Shown here: piece after piece, positions 42,907 through 50,196 of the stretch
How the letters are laid out: every line of letters starts with the position of its first letter
How positions within the stretch are numbered: position 1 is the stretch's first letter
Source of the DNA: Parcubacteria group bacterium
GTDB taxonomy: Bacteria > Patescibacteriota > Minisyncoccia > Phycocordibacterales > UBA2100
Length of the DNA: 50,196 nt
Assembly: GCA_943358385.1 (NCBI GenBank)
Contig: CALRGX010000008.1
Location: forward strand, 1 to 50,196
Direction: 5' to 3'
The notes under the pieces: model-generated
Databases searched by the model: none
The model's input: only the letters and a program-made list of their open reading frames with translations
What the model was told of the DNA's origin: nothing
Translations under genes and position numbers: made by a program

Positions 42907-43490
42907 CTTACGGGTCTGAAGCCTCATGGTGGCGTACTATACGCGGCGTGTGGCCCTTGATGGCTATTATCGCCTTGTCGCTCGGGCTTCTTTTTATTGT
43001 TACACCAGAGACATTAATTGATTGGGTAGGATTGAAGAATGCGTACCTTTTAATGTTTGTGACAGCACTTTTAGGCGGGCTCACCACGTTCAACACGGTG
43101 CCGTATCTTTCAATGCTACTGCTTTTAGCAAGTGGCGGTTTGAATCCCTACCTGCTTGGCGTTGCATCGGCCACGGGCGTGATGATGGGAGATACGCTGT
43201 CCTACCTGGTGGGACATCATGGCGCAAAAGCAATTCCCGCAATGTTTCTCCCTTTATTCGAGCGCATCAATCAATTTGCAGAAAAGTACCCGCAGAGGTT
43301 TCCAGTGATCTGTTTTTTGTATGGAGCGTTTTGCCCGCTCTCGAATGATTTCATCACCATACCTTCGGGCATGGCTCGTATTTCGTATATGCGCGTTATG
43401 ATTCCTCTGGCTTTGGGAAATCTGGTGTTTAACATCGGTACTGCACTGTTTGTGACCAGTATCTACGACGTCCTTGCACGTTGGTTCTAG
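42903..43490 (+). CDS. DedA/VTT-like membrane protein
   Basis: G..MGDTLSYLVG, P..ND...IPSG.ARISY. ATGA overlap with the previous gene. Confidence 0.75.
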   Translation: MTYGSEASWWRTIRGVWPLMAIIALSLGLLFIVTPETLIDWVGLKNAYLLMFVTALLGGLTTFNTVPYLSMLLLLASGGLNPYLLGVASATGVMMGDTLSYLVGHHGAKAIPAMFLPLFERINQFAEKYPQRFPVICFLYGAFCPLSNDFITIPSGMARISYMRVMIPLALGNLVFNIGTALFVTSIYDVLARWF

Positions 43491-43492
43491 AT

Positions 43493-44107
43493 CTATTTGA
43501 ACGTAACTCCCTTAGGGGTGCCGAGCATGGCAGTGTCTACTTTCCATGTATGGCAGTCCCAGCTGACGTTGTTGAGTGGTGTGCCGAGTACTACGCCTTG
43601 CGTAAGGTTGGCGGGAATCAGCATAGCAATATCTGCAGCCGAGCGAACAGAACTTTTCGTACCCGCGGCAGTCCCTTCAGTCCAAGTATAGAGCGCGCTT
43701 CCATCGTAATAGCTGATTGTGTTTTTCGAGACACCTGCGGTGGTTGTGCGGAATTCGCCGCGGATTTTACCGTTAGATATGAAGAGCGTATCTGAACTGC
43801 GAATGTTGCCGTCTACACGCTCGTAGCTGCAGGTGGTGTTGCCCATCCCAGCAATGACCTCACGCAAAGGCGCGGCAGTACTCTTGGTGGTAGCGGCAGG
43901 TGCAGTAGGTTTCTTTGCAGCCGCAGCTGTTGGTGCAGGAGCTGTGGTGTCGGCAGTGCTCGTTGATTCCGATAAGGTGTTTGTTGTCACTGGATCGAGG
44001 GTGACTTGTAGAGGCGCGCGATGAATCAATTGATCAAACCACATACCTAGACAGAACATGACGATAGCGCCCAGTCCCACCATAATGTACATACGTGATT
44101 GCTGCAT
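43493..44107 (-). CDS. Membrane-anchored hypothetical protein
   Basis: TM, Thr/Ala/Pro linker, beta-rich domain ending DC..W.VD.....P..V.F. Confidence 0.75.
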   Translation of the reverse strand: MQQSRMYIMVGLGAIVMFCLGMWFDQLIHRAPLQVTLDPVTTNTLSESTSTADTTAPAPTAAAAKKPTAPAATTKSTAAPLREVIAGMGNTTCSYERVDGNIRSSDTLFISNGKIRGEFRTTTAGVSKNTISYYDGSALYTWTEGTAAGTKSSVRSAADIAMLIPANLTQGVVLGTPLNNVSWDCHTWKVDTAMLGTPKGVTFK

Positions 44108-44214
44108 AGGTGTCGTAATTAAAGGATTTAAGTGACGCCACTATACCATGCATACGGTATGCTATGCCCGTGCGGTGGTTGCAGCGAGGGAAAGGCCTCG
44201 TATACTTCGCCTAT

Positions 44215-44814
44215 ATGCCCCTCTTTGCAGTAAAAATAGCTTTGATGAAATGGCTTCAGTACGCAATTATTATTTTGGTTGTTGGTGGTGCGGGATATCT
44301 CGGATTGCAGCAGGTGTATCGTAGTGGTGCAGACGACCCGCAGGTACAGATAGTAGACGACGTTGCGCGGGCAGTTGAGGGAGGTGTTGATCCGGCGCAG
44401 ATTATTCCAAATCCCAGTACCGATGTTGCGGTGAGCCTCTCACCGTTCTTGGCATCTTTTTCTGCTGAGCGCGTGCTCACTCTTTCTTCAGGCGTCATGG
44501 ACGGCTCTTCGATAAATATTCCAGCAGACATTTTTGCCGCCGCAAAAGATACGGGTGAGCATCGGGTCACCTGGGAACCGAAGGATGGGGTTCGCGTTGC
44601 GTTGGTGGTGCGAGCATTAAAGGACGGAACCTTTATCGTCGCAGGCCGGAATCTCCGTGAAATTGAGAATCGCATCGCTCACACGAGTACGTTTGTCGGG
44701 ACAGGTATTGCACTTGCACTGCTCCTCACACTTCTCTTGGAACTCTTTGGTGCGTGGCGCCATGCACAAGCAAAGCCACATGTGCAAAGTGCTCCCATTA
44801 CCCCCGCACAATAG
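44215..44814 (+). CDS. Two-TM protein with extracytoplasmic sensor-like domain
   Basis: TM-domain-TM layout, no kinase domain. Start 44215 or 44245. Confidence 0.7.
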   Translation: MPLFAVKIALMKWLQYAIIILVVGGAGYLGLQQVYRSGADDPQVQIVDDVARAVEGGVDPAQIIPNPSTDVAVSLSPFLASFSAERVLTLSSGVMDGSSINIPADIFAAAKDTGEHRVTWEPKDGVRVALVVRALKDGTFIVAGRNLREIENRIAHTSTFVGTGIALALLLTLLLELFGAWRHAQAKPHVQSAPITPAQ

Positions 44815-44820
44815 TTGTGC

Positions 44821-45282
44821 ATGACTCGTTACTGGCTGTTCAAATCTGAGCCCGATTGTTTTGGTATTTCAGATTTGAAAAGGAGAAAGAAAGCGACTTG
44901 GGACGGGGTGCGAAACTACCAAGCACGCAATTACTTGCGCGACGAAGTGCAGCTAGGAGACGTTGTGGTTTTCTACCATTCATCATGTGCCGAGCCTGCC
45001 GCTGTGGGCATAGCTAAAATTGTACGTGCAGCGTATGCCGACAAGACGGCCTGGGACTCACACAGTGAGCATCCCGACCCAAAAAGCACTCCCAAGAACC
45101 CTATTTGGTACGTTGTGGATGTTGCGTATGTACATACGTTTCAACACGCCGTGCTACTCAAAGTACTTCACGCGATGCCTGAGATGAACGGGTCACCCCT
45201 CACGCAGCGTGGGAATCGTTTGTCTATTTTGCCTTTGAGCGAAAAGCAGTATCGCGCCATCAAGAAAGAAGGCGGTCGTTAG
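44821..45282 (+). CDS. EVE domain protein
   Basis: YWLFKSEP, WDGVRNYQARNYLR, FYHS, RLSI.P. Confidence 0.93.
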   Translation: MTRYWLFKSEPDCFGISDLKRRKKATWDGVRNYQARNYLRDEVQLGDVVVFYHSSCAEPAAVGIAKIVRAAYADKTAWDSHSEHPDPKSTPKNPIWYVVDVAYVHTFQHAVLLKVLHAMPEMNGSPLTQRGNRLSILPLSEKQYRAIKKEGGR

Positions 45283-45332
45283 TTGCGCCACGTCGCAGCT
45301 CTGCTAGGGTGCCCACAGTAGAGGAGGATGGT

Positions 45333-45686
45333 ATGCGCAAAAAGCCAACATGGTGGATTAGCAGTGCGGTTGCAGGAAACGAAATCATCGCCCAGTTTTT
45401 TTCTGAGCACGCAGTACATGAGTCTGAGGTACTCTGTCGGGATGTTCTGTGTGCCGATGGGAGATTACGCGACTTGTGGCGCCTCACCGGCGAGCAGGTA
45501 AAGCATTTTCGAGGTGCGGCGGCAGTGTACACCTATGCTAGTTTCCGTTTCTTTATCCAAGACTCGCCAAACGGAAAGCCACGCGCAGCGGACTTCCTAA
45601 TGAAAAAGCGAGCGTCGAAGAAAGTGCTGGCTGCCAAAGCACGTTTGGAAGTTCTGAAACGCAAGCGAGCAGAGCTCATGGACTGA
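45333..45686 (+). CDS. Hypothetical protein (117 aa)
   Basis: GAGGAGG SD. Hairpin at 45691-45713. Confidence 0.65.
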   Translation: MRKKPTWWISSAVAGNEIIAQFFSEHAVHESEVLCRDVLCADGRLRDLWRLTGEQVKHFRGAAAVYTYASFRFFIQDSPNGKPRAADFLMKKRASKKVLAAKARLEVLKRKRAELMD

Positions 45687-45748
45687 ACGTGAGGCGCCCC
45701 AGAGGGGCGCCTCTTCTTTGATATACTGCATGCACGGCACCTGATACT

Positions 45749-46258
45749 ATGGACACAAAACGGCAAATCGCGGTGGGGGTTGGTTTGTTCGTGGTTTTTC
45801 TGATGCTGTGGTTTGGCGTGCGTGCTCTCATACCAGATGCTGCGCCTCTCCAGCCGAAAGGGACTTCCGTCTTCCTCTACTACTACGACGAAAGTAAGGA
45901 CCTTGATTCAAAGAAGAATGTCCGCTGCAGCAGTCGGGGCTTAGTGCCGGTCACACGCACCGTATACGGCTCGGACGTCATAACCGACACTTTTAAGATT
46001 CTTCTCAAGGGAGAAATGACTACGGAAGATCGAAAGCTAGGCGTCAAGGCTAATTTTCCGATCACACAGTTTTCGTTTGTATCGGCGGAACTTGATTCGA
46101 AGGGCGTCCTGACTGTTACCTTTTCCGACCCTCGCCACAACAGTAGCGGTGGCGCCTGTCGTGTGAACATTCTACGCGCGCAACTAAAGGCGACGGCGCG
46201 ACAGTTTGATGGGGTAGTGCAGGTGCGTTTTATGCCGCAAGACATTCTGCAGCCGTAA
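45749..46258 (+). CDS. GerMN-like domain membrane-anchored protein
   Basis: VPVTRTV, LLKG, GGACRV..LRAQL..TARQF..V..V, LQP C-terminus. Confidence 0.7.
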   Translation: MDTKRQIAVGVGLFVVFLMLWFGVRALIPDAAPLQPKGTSVFLYYYDESKDLDSKKNVRCSSRGLVPVTRTVYGSDVITDTFKILLKGEMTTEDRKLGVKANFPITQFSFVSAELDSKGVLTVTFSDPRHNSSGGACRVNILRAQLKATARQFDGVVQVRFMPQDILQP

Positions 46259-46321
46259 GAGACAAGTGCTCTTCTGGAGAATACTGTCGTGTTAAAAATA
46301 CCTTGTACAGTCGCGAAGTCT

Positions 46322-46879
46322 ATGACCACATCCGCACATAAAGATTGGCATGAGAAAGACGGAATTGTGTACCTCTCGGTGACGAGCGATGGAACAACGG
46401 GCGAGCATTGGATACGACGTTTGGAAGAAAACAGTTTCCGTGTAGGCGACTACGCCAAGCAGGTGCTCCTACATCCTGCCTTCAGCCCGACCAAGAATCT
46501 GACCACTGAAGTCGCCGTTCTCAGAGGCCTCCTCTTTGCGGACAACGACCGATGCACGGCAAAGATTCGTGCCGAGGCCGAGAAGCGCAACCTCTCGAAG
46601 CCGAACGCAGAAATAGCCTGCCTCATCCGTGATAAATTTTCTGATCTGGAGATTGAAGGGATGGGTCTGCAGTACATCGTTGCCATGCACGAGCCCATAA
46701 ACGACTCCGGTGGCCTTCCACGCTTGCTCAACGCAGACCGTAGTCACGAGGGTCGCTGGCTCTACGCGCACGGTGATAGGCCTGACCGCATGCGGGGTCA
46801 TGATTTCGGCTTTGCGTTCGTCGTGTCTTCCTGCTCCGCCGAGGCTTTTGAGGACAAGCAAGTCAGCTCTCGATGCTAA
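46322..46879 (+). CDS. Hypothetical protein
   Basis: 185-aa ORF in a co-directional run. TACAGT upstream. Confidence 0.65.
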   Translation: MTTSAHKDWHEKDGIVYLSVTSDGTTGEHWIRRLEENSFRVGDYAKQVLLHPAFSPTKNLTTEVAVLRGLLFADNDRCTAKIRAEAEKRNLSKPNAEIACLIRDKFSDLEIEGMGLQYIVAMHEPINDSGGLPRLLNADRSHEGRWLYAHGDRPDRMRGHDFGFAFVVSSCSAEAFEDKQVSSRC

Positions 46880-46971
46880 GGCCCCCGGGACTTCAATAAA
46901 ATAGAGACGGCCCTTGAATGCGACACATAGCCGCTACTTTTCACTTTTTTTGTTTACTGTACAATCGGCAT

Positions 46972-47847
46972 ATGCACACTGTGCTCCTATTCTACAAGTA
47001 TGTGACGATCAGCGATCCTGATGCGTTGGTTCTCTGGGTGCGCGAGCGTGCGCAAAAATTCAGACTGTTGGGCCGTTGCCTCATCGCAGCAGAAGGTATC
47101 AACGGTACGTTCGAGGGATTGACCGAAAACGCCGAGGCATTTGCAGCAGAGTTACTGCAACTCGACCTTTTTGCTGATATGAATATTAAACGAAGCCGTG
47201 GTACAGGCGCAGCATTTCCCAAGCTTGCCGTGAGAAAGCGCGACGAAATTGTGGGTACGCGCTTTTCAAAAAAAGATGCGGACCCAGAGCACAAAGCTGC
47301 GCCGCATATCAAACCCGAAGAACTAAAGGCGCTGTACGAGGAGCAGGCTGATTTTGTCGTAGTTGATATGCGCAACGACTACGAATTTGCATCGGGGCAT
47401 TTTAAGGGATCGATTGATCCAGGACTGCGGGCTTCGCGCGATTTGCCAGAAGTGCTTCCACAGCTCGATCCATACAAGAATAAAAAGGTGGTTACCGTGT
47501 GCACCGGTGGTGTGCGCTGTGAAAAAATGGCTGCGTATCTGATCAGTAATGGATTCAGCGACGTGTCTCAATTAGAGAACGGCATTCATGCATATATGGA
47601 GAAGTATCCCGGCCAAGACTTTTTGGGGACGCTGTATACATTTGATCAACGAGTCGTGATGGATTTTGGTGGCCCGCGCCAGAAAATAGGGAAGTGCTAT
47701 CTGTGCCAAACAGAGACCGAGCGCTACGTAAACTGTGCCAACTACGTGTGCCACCTACATTTCCTCGTCTGTGAGCAATGTGTAGGTACTGAAGGCCGCA
47801 CGTACTGCTCGGAAACGTGCAAAATCAGCGATAAAATTACAACATAA
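46972..47847 (+). CDS. trhO: tRNA uridine(34) hydroxylase TrhO/YceA (rhodanese domain)
   Basis: LFYKY, GR.LIA.EGINGT, D.RNDYE...GHF, CTGGVRCEK, L..GI..Y, FD.R, C-terminal Cys cluster. Confidence 0.88.
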   Translation: MHTVLLFYKYVTISDPDALVLWVRERAQKFRLLGRCLIAAEGINGTFEGLTENAEAFAAELLQLDLFADMNIKRSRGTGAAFPKLAVRKRDEIVGTRFSKKDADPEHKAAPHIKPEELKALYEEQADFVVVDMRNDYEFASGHFKGSIDPGLRASRDLPEVLPQLDPYKNKKVVTVCTGGVRCEKMAAYLISNGFSDVSQLENGIHAYMEKYPGQDFLGTLYTFDQRVVMDFGGPRQKIGKCYLCQTETERYVNCANYVCHLHFLVCEQCVGTEGRTYCSETCKISDKITT

Positions 47848-47925
47848 AAAAATAGTACGGCAAGTGCACGAATTGATTTTTTACGCTATAGTGGTCCTAT
47901 ATAAATTAGCGCCTGAAGCTTTATT

Positions 47926-49305
47926 ATGAAGCATTTCCTCGCATCGTTCGTTGTTCTTATGGCAGGTGGCCTCTTGGTTGCGCCCGAGGCTTTTGCGCAG
48001 AGTTACCCTGGTTCATATGCCGGAAACTCATGCGTGTCGATTAATCGAACACTTACCAGAGGTTCCCGCGGTGCGGACGTAACTTCCCTGCAGCAGTATC
48101 TCGTTGCCAACAATTACATTGGTAGTTGGGCTGTCACTGGCTATTTTGGTGCAGGTACTACTGCAGCAGTGCGAAACTTCCAAGTGACCCACGGTATTTC
48201 TGCAACTGGTTCAGTGGGGCCGCAGACACGGGCGGCACTCATGAGTGATTGCGGATACTCGTTTGACTACAATCCATACCCAATGCCGAGCTATCCAACA
48301 TACCCAACTTATCCTAGCTACCCAACGTATCCAACGTACCCGACCTATCCGACAACGCCGTACTACTACCCTTACCCAGTAGTTGCGCAACCAACTATTT
48401 CTTCAGTGAGCCCGCTCTCTGGAAGCGTAGGAAGTATGATCACTGTGCAGGGTGCTGGGTTTACCGCACAAGGGAACACGGTGCATTTTGGCCGTGGCAT
48501 CATCACGAATCTTCGATCTCCAGATGGTTCTGCACTTACATTTGCAGTACCAGCACAACTCACTGGCTATGGAAACGAAACAGTGACACTCACTACCTAC
48601 CCAATCTACGTAACCAATAGCGGTGGCCTGAGTTCAAACACACTACCGTTTACCGTGACCGGGCTCGCCACTTCTCAAGTGCAGCCAACTATCTCGAATC
48701 TGCAAGGGCCGACCAACCTTGCTGTGGGTGCGACGGGAACCTGGAGTATCACTGCAGGCGGTGCGTACAACACGAATCTGTCAACGTTTGTTACCTGGGG
48801 TGACGAGCAGTATTACTCATACAACAGCAGTCAGGCTGCGCAAGAAATCTACCTTGGATCAATACAGCAGCAGGTAACGTTTACACACGTCTACCAACAG
48901 GCAGGCACGTACACGGTGCGTTTCCGTGTGCGAAACAACCAATCTGGACTTGAATCACTCGCAACGATGACCGTGGTGGTGACTGGAAGCACAACTGGAG
49001 GAAACGTATCCCTTTCATCAATTCAGCCGAATGCTGGCAGCACGGGAACAACAATCGTTCTTACCGGTTCTGGATTCAGTACTACTGGAAACGATGTGCA
49101 TTTCGGCATTGGTGGAACTAGGAACGTGGCAGCCATCAATAACAGCACTATCTACTACACCGTACCGCACTATGTGTCGCCGTGTGATTTCACTGTCGGC
49201 ATGTGCAGTGCACCGGCGGTATTGGTGCAGAATGGCTCGTACCCTATCTTTGTGACGAATGCGCAAGGAACGTCCCAAACATTCACGTTCACTGTTAGTC
49301 AGTAA
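47926..49305 (+). CDS. Secreted surface protein: peptidoglycan-binding + YPT repeats + IPT/TIG/PKD-like domains
   Basis: L.RGSRGADV.SLQ.YL...TGYFG..T.AAV..FQ, (YP[TS])n, PTISSVSP.SG..G..IT..G.GF, WGD...HVY...G.Y. Confidence 0.85.
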   Translation: MKHFLASFVVLMAGGLLVAPEAFAQSYPGSYAGNSCVSINRTLTRGSRGADVTSLQQYLVANNYIGSWAVTGYFGAGTTAAVRNFQVTHGISATGSVGPQTRAALMSDCGYSFDYNPYPMPSYPTYPTYPSYPTYPTYPTYPTTPYYYPYPVVAQPTISSVSPLSGSVGSMITVQGAGFTAQGNTVHFGRGIITNLRSPDGSALTFAVPAQLTGYGNETVTLTTYPIYVTNSGGLSSNTLPFTVTGLATSQVQPTISNLQGPTNLAVGATGTWSITAGGAYNTNLSTFVTWGDEQYYSYNSSQAAQEIYLGSIQQQVTFTHVYQQAGTYTVRFRVRNNQSGLESLATMTVVVTGSTTGGNVSLSSIQPNAGSTGTTIVLTGSGFSTTGNDVHFGIGGTRNVAAINNSTIYYTVPHYVSPCDFTVGMCSAPAVLVQNGSYPIFVTNAQGTSQTFTFTVSQ

Positions 49306-49328
49306 ACCAAAGGTGCTATTGTGTGCGC

Positions 49329-49946
49329 ATGAACAACAACTTGCACACATACACGGGAGGGCTCCTCATAGGAGCCCTCTTTGTGCTTTCTGCATACGCC
49401 GCTCAAACGTACACTGCTGAACTTGAAGAATTACTGAAAGGGTATGCCATGATCGGCCCAATCGCGTACGTGTCTCTGGCAGCACTTTCGGTTATTTTAG
49501 CACCCTTGAACACGCTCTTCTTGCTTCCTATGGCGAGCATGCTATGGGGTCCTTTTTGGGCCGCGCTTCTTAGTGTGGCCGGATGGACTATGGGAAGTGT
49601 AGCGGCATATGCACTCGCGCGGCGTTACGGAAAACCTTTCGTGGCAAAGTTTGTTAATTTAGAAAAAGTTGAGCGCATGGAAAAAAGACTTCCTGCACAT
49701 CACCTGTTCTGGTGGGTAGTTGCCATGCGTATGGTGGTGTCGGTTGATGTGCTGAGTTATCTGTTGGGCCTCACTATTACGATGTCGTACTTACGCTATA
49801 CGATTGCCACGTTAATTGGCGTAACTCCATTCGCGTTCGTTTTCGCATATGCTTCAGCATTGCCTCTGCCGTATATGCTTGTGGCAACAGCGTTGGCACT
49901 TTTGGCGACTGGCAGTGGTGCGTATACATTACTGCGCAGTAGATAA
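49329..49946 (+). CDS. TVP38/TMEM64 (VTT/DedA) membrane protein
   Basis: G.T.GS..AY.LARRYG, R....D.LSY.LGL, Y.IATLIG.TP. Confidence 0.85.
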   Translation: MNNNLHTYTGGLLIGALFVLSAYAAQTYTAELEELLKGYAMIGPIAYVSLAALSVILAPLNTLFLLPMASMLWGPFWAALLSVAGWTMGSVAAYALARRYGKPFVAKFVNLEKVERMEKRLPAHHLFWWVVAMRMVVSVDVLSYLLGLTITMSYLRYTIATLIGVTPFAFVFAYASALPLPYMLVATALALLATGSGAYTLLRSR

Positions 49947-49947
49947 C

Positions 49948-50196
49948 CTACCTCTCCCTCCAAAACGGCAACGTCACCACCTCCTCTGTATCAGTGAAAT
50001 CAGACTCAGTCCCTGCATCCAGTCCATCACACGAAAGGGTATAGACAACCTTGTCTGCAATGGGGCTGGATGTTTGAGTCCCCGAGGTACCACTCCAGCT
50101 ATCTCCATTCGTCCCTGTCACGCTACATGACGCCGCGTCAGTCGTTGTCCAGCTCACCTGAGTTGTTGCATTGGTCTGCACAATACGACGGGAAAC
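49948..50196 (-). CDS. C-terminus of a Thr/Ser-rich surface protein (5' end off window)
   Basis: Frame open from the window edge: ...TTQVSWTTTDAASCSVTG...YTLSC...LPFWRER*. Confidence 0.7.
   Translation of the reverse strand, partial: VSRRIVQTNATTQVSWTTTDAASCSVTGTNGDSWSGTSGTQTSSPIADKVVYTLSCDGLDAGTESDFTDTEEVVTLPFWRER

Noticed and set aside
48277-48375. CRISPR or DNA tandem repeat
   Set aside because: Coding tripeptide repeat without spacers. No CRISPR array or cas gene is visible in the window.

Overview
A gene-dense bacterial chromosomal segment using the standard code (TGA is a stop). Gene content suggests a reduced CPR/Patescibacteria (Parcubacteria-like) genome; this is inferred, not verified. 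The left third holds core genes: miaA (partial), pyrE, pyrF, tRNA-Leu(CAA), parB, relA/spoT, topA, dprA, serS, ftsQ-like, dus and dnaX. Next is a small accessory block (second ParB-like protein, divergent EndoIII-like protein, three DnaJ-type zinc-finger mini-proteins, HTH/LAGLIDADG-like gene) ending at tRNA-Gln(TTG). The rest is mostly + strand membrane, surface, stress and hypothetical genes, including a solitary PrkA/YeaG, Trx+DsbB, a sugar dehydrogenase, ABC-F, an HI0933 flavoprotein, EVE and trhO. The strongest signal is non-coding: two ~190-200 bp insertions, one in the T-loop of tRNA-Leu and one near the 3' end of topA. Each restores the 3' end of its target gene (synonymously recoded in topA), carries an antisense copy of the target junction, and shares a covarying two-hairpin core (A-GRC-GGA-GC...GC-GA-GYC-RG-GG...CC^AA). 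This looks like an undescribed non-autonomous, structure-guided integrative element. A second unexplained structure upstream of dnaX is a ~156-nt rod whose centre matches both strands of its own downstream flank. No integrase, transposase or CRISPR array was seen. All family assignments and folds were made by eye, without searches.
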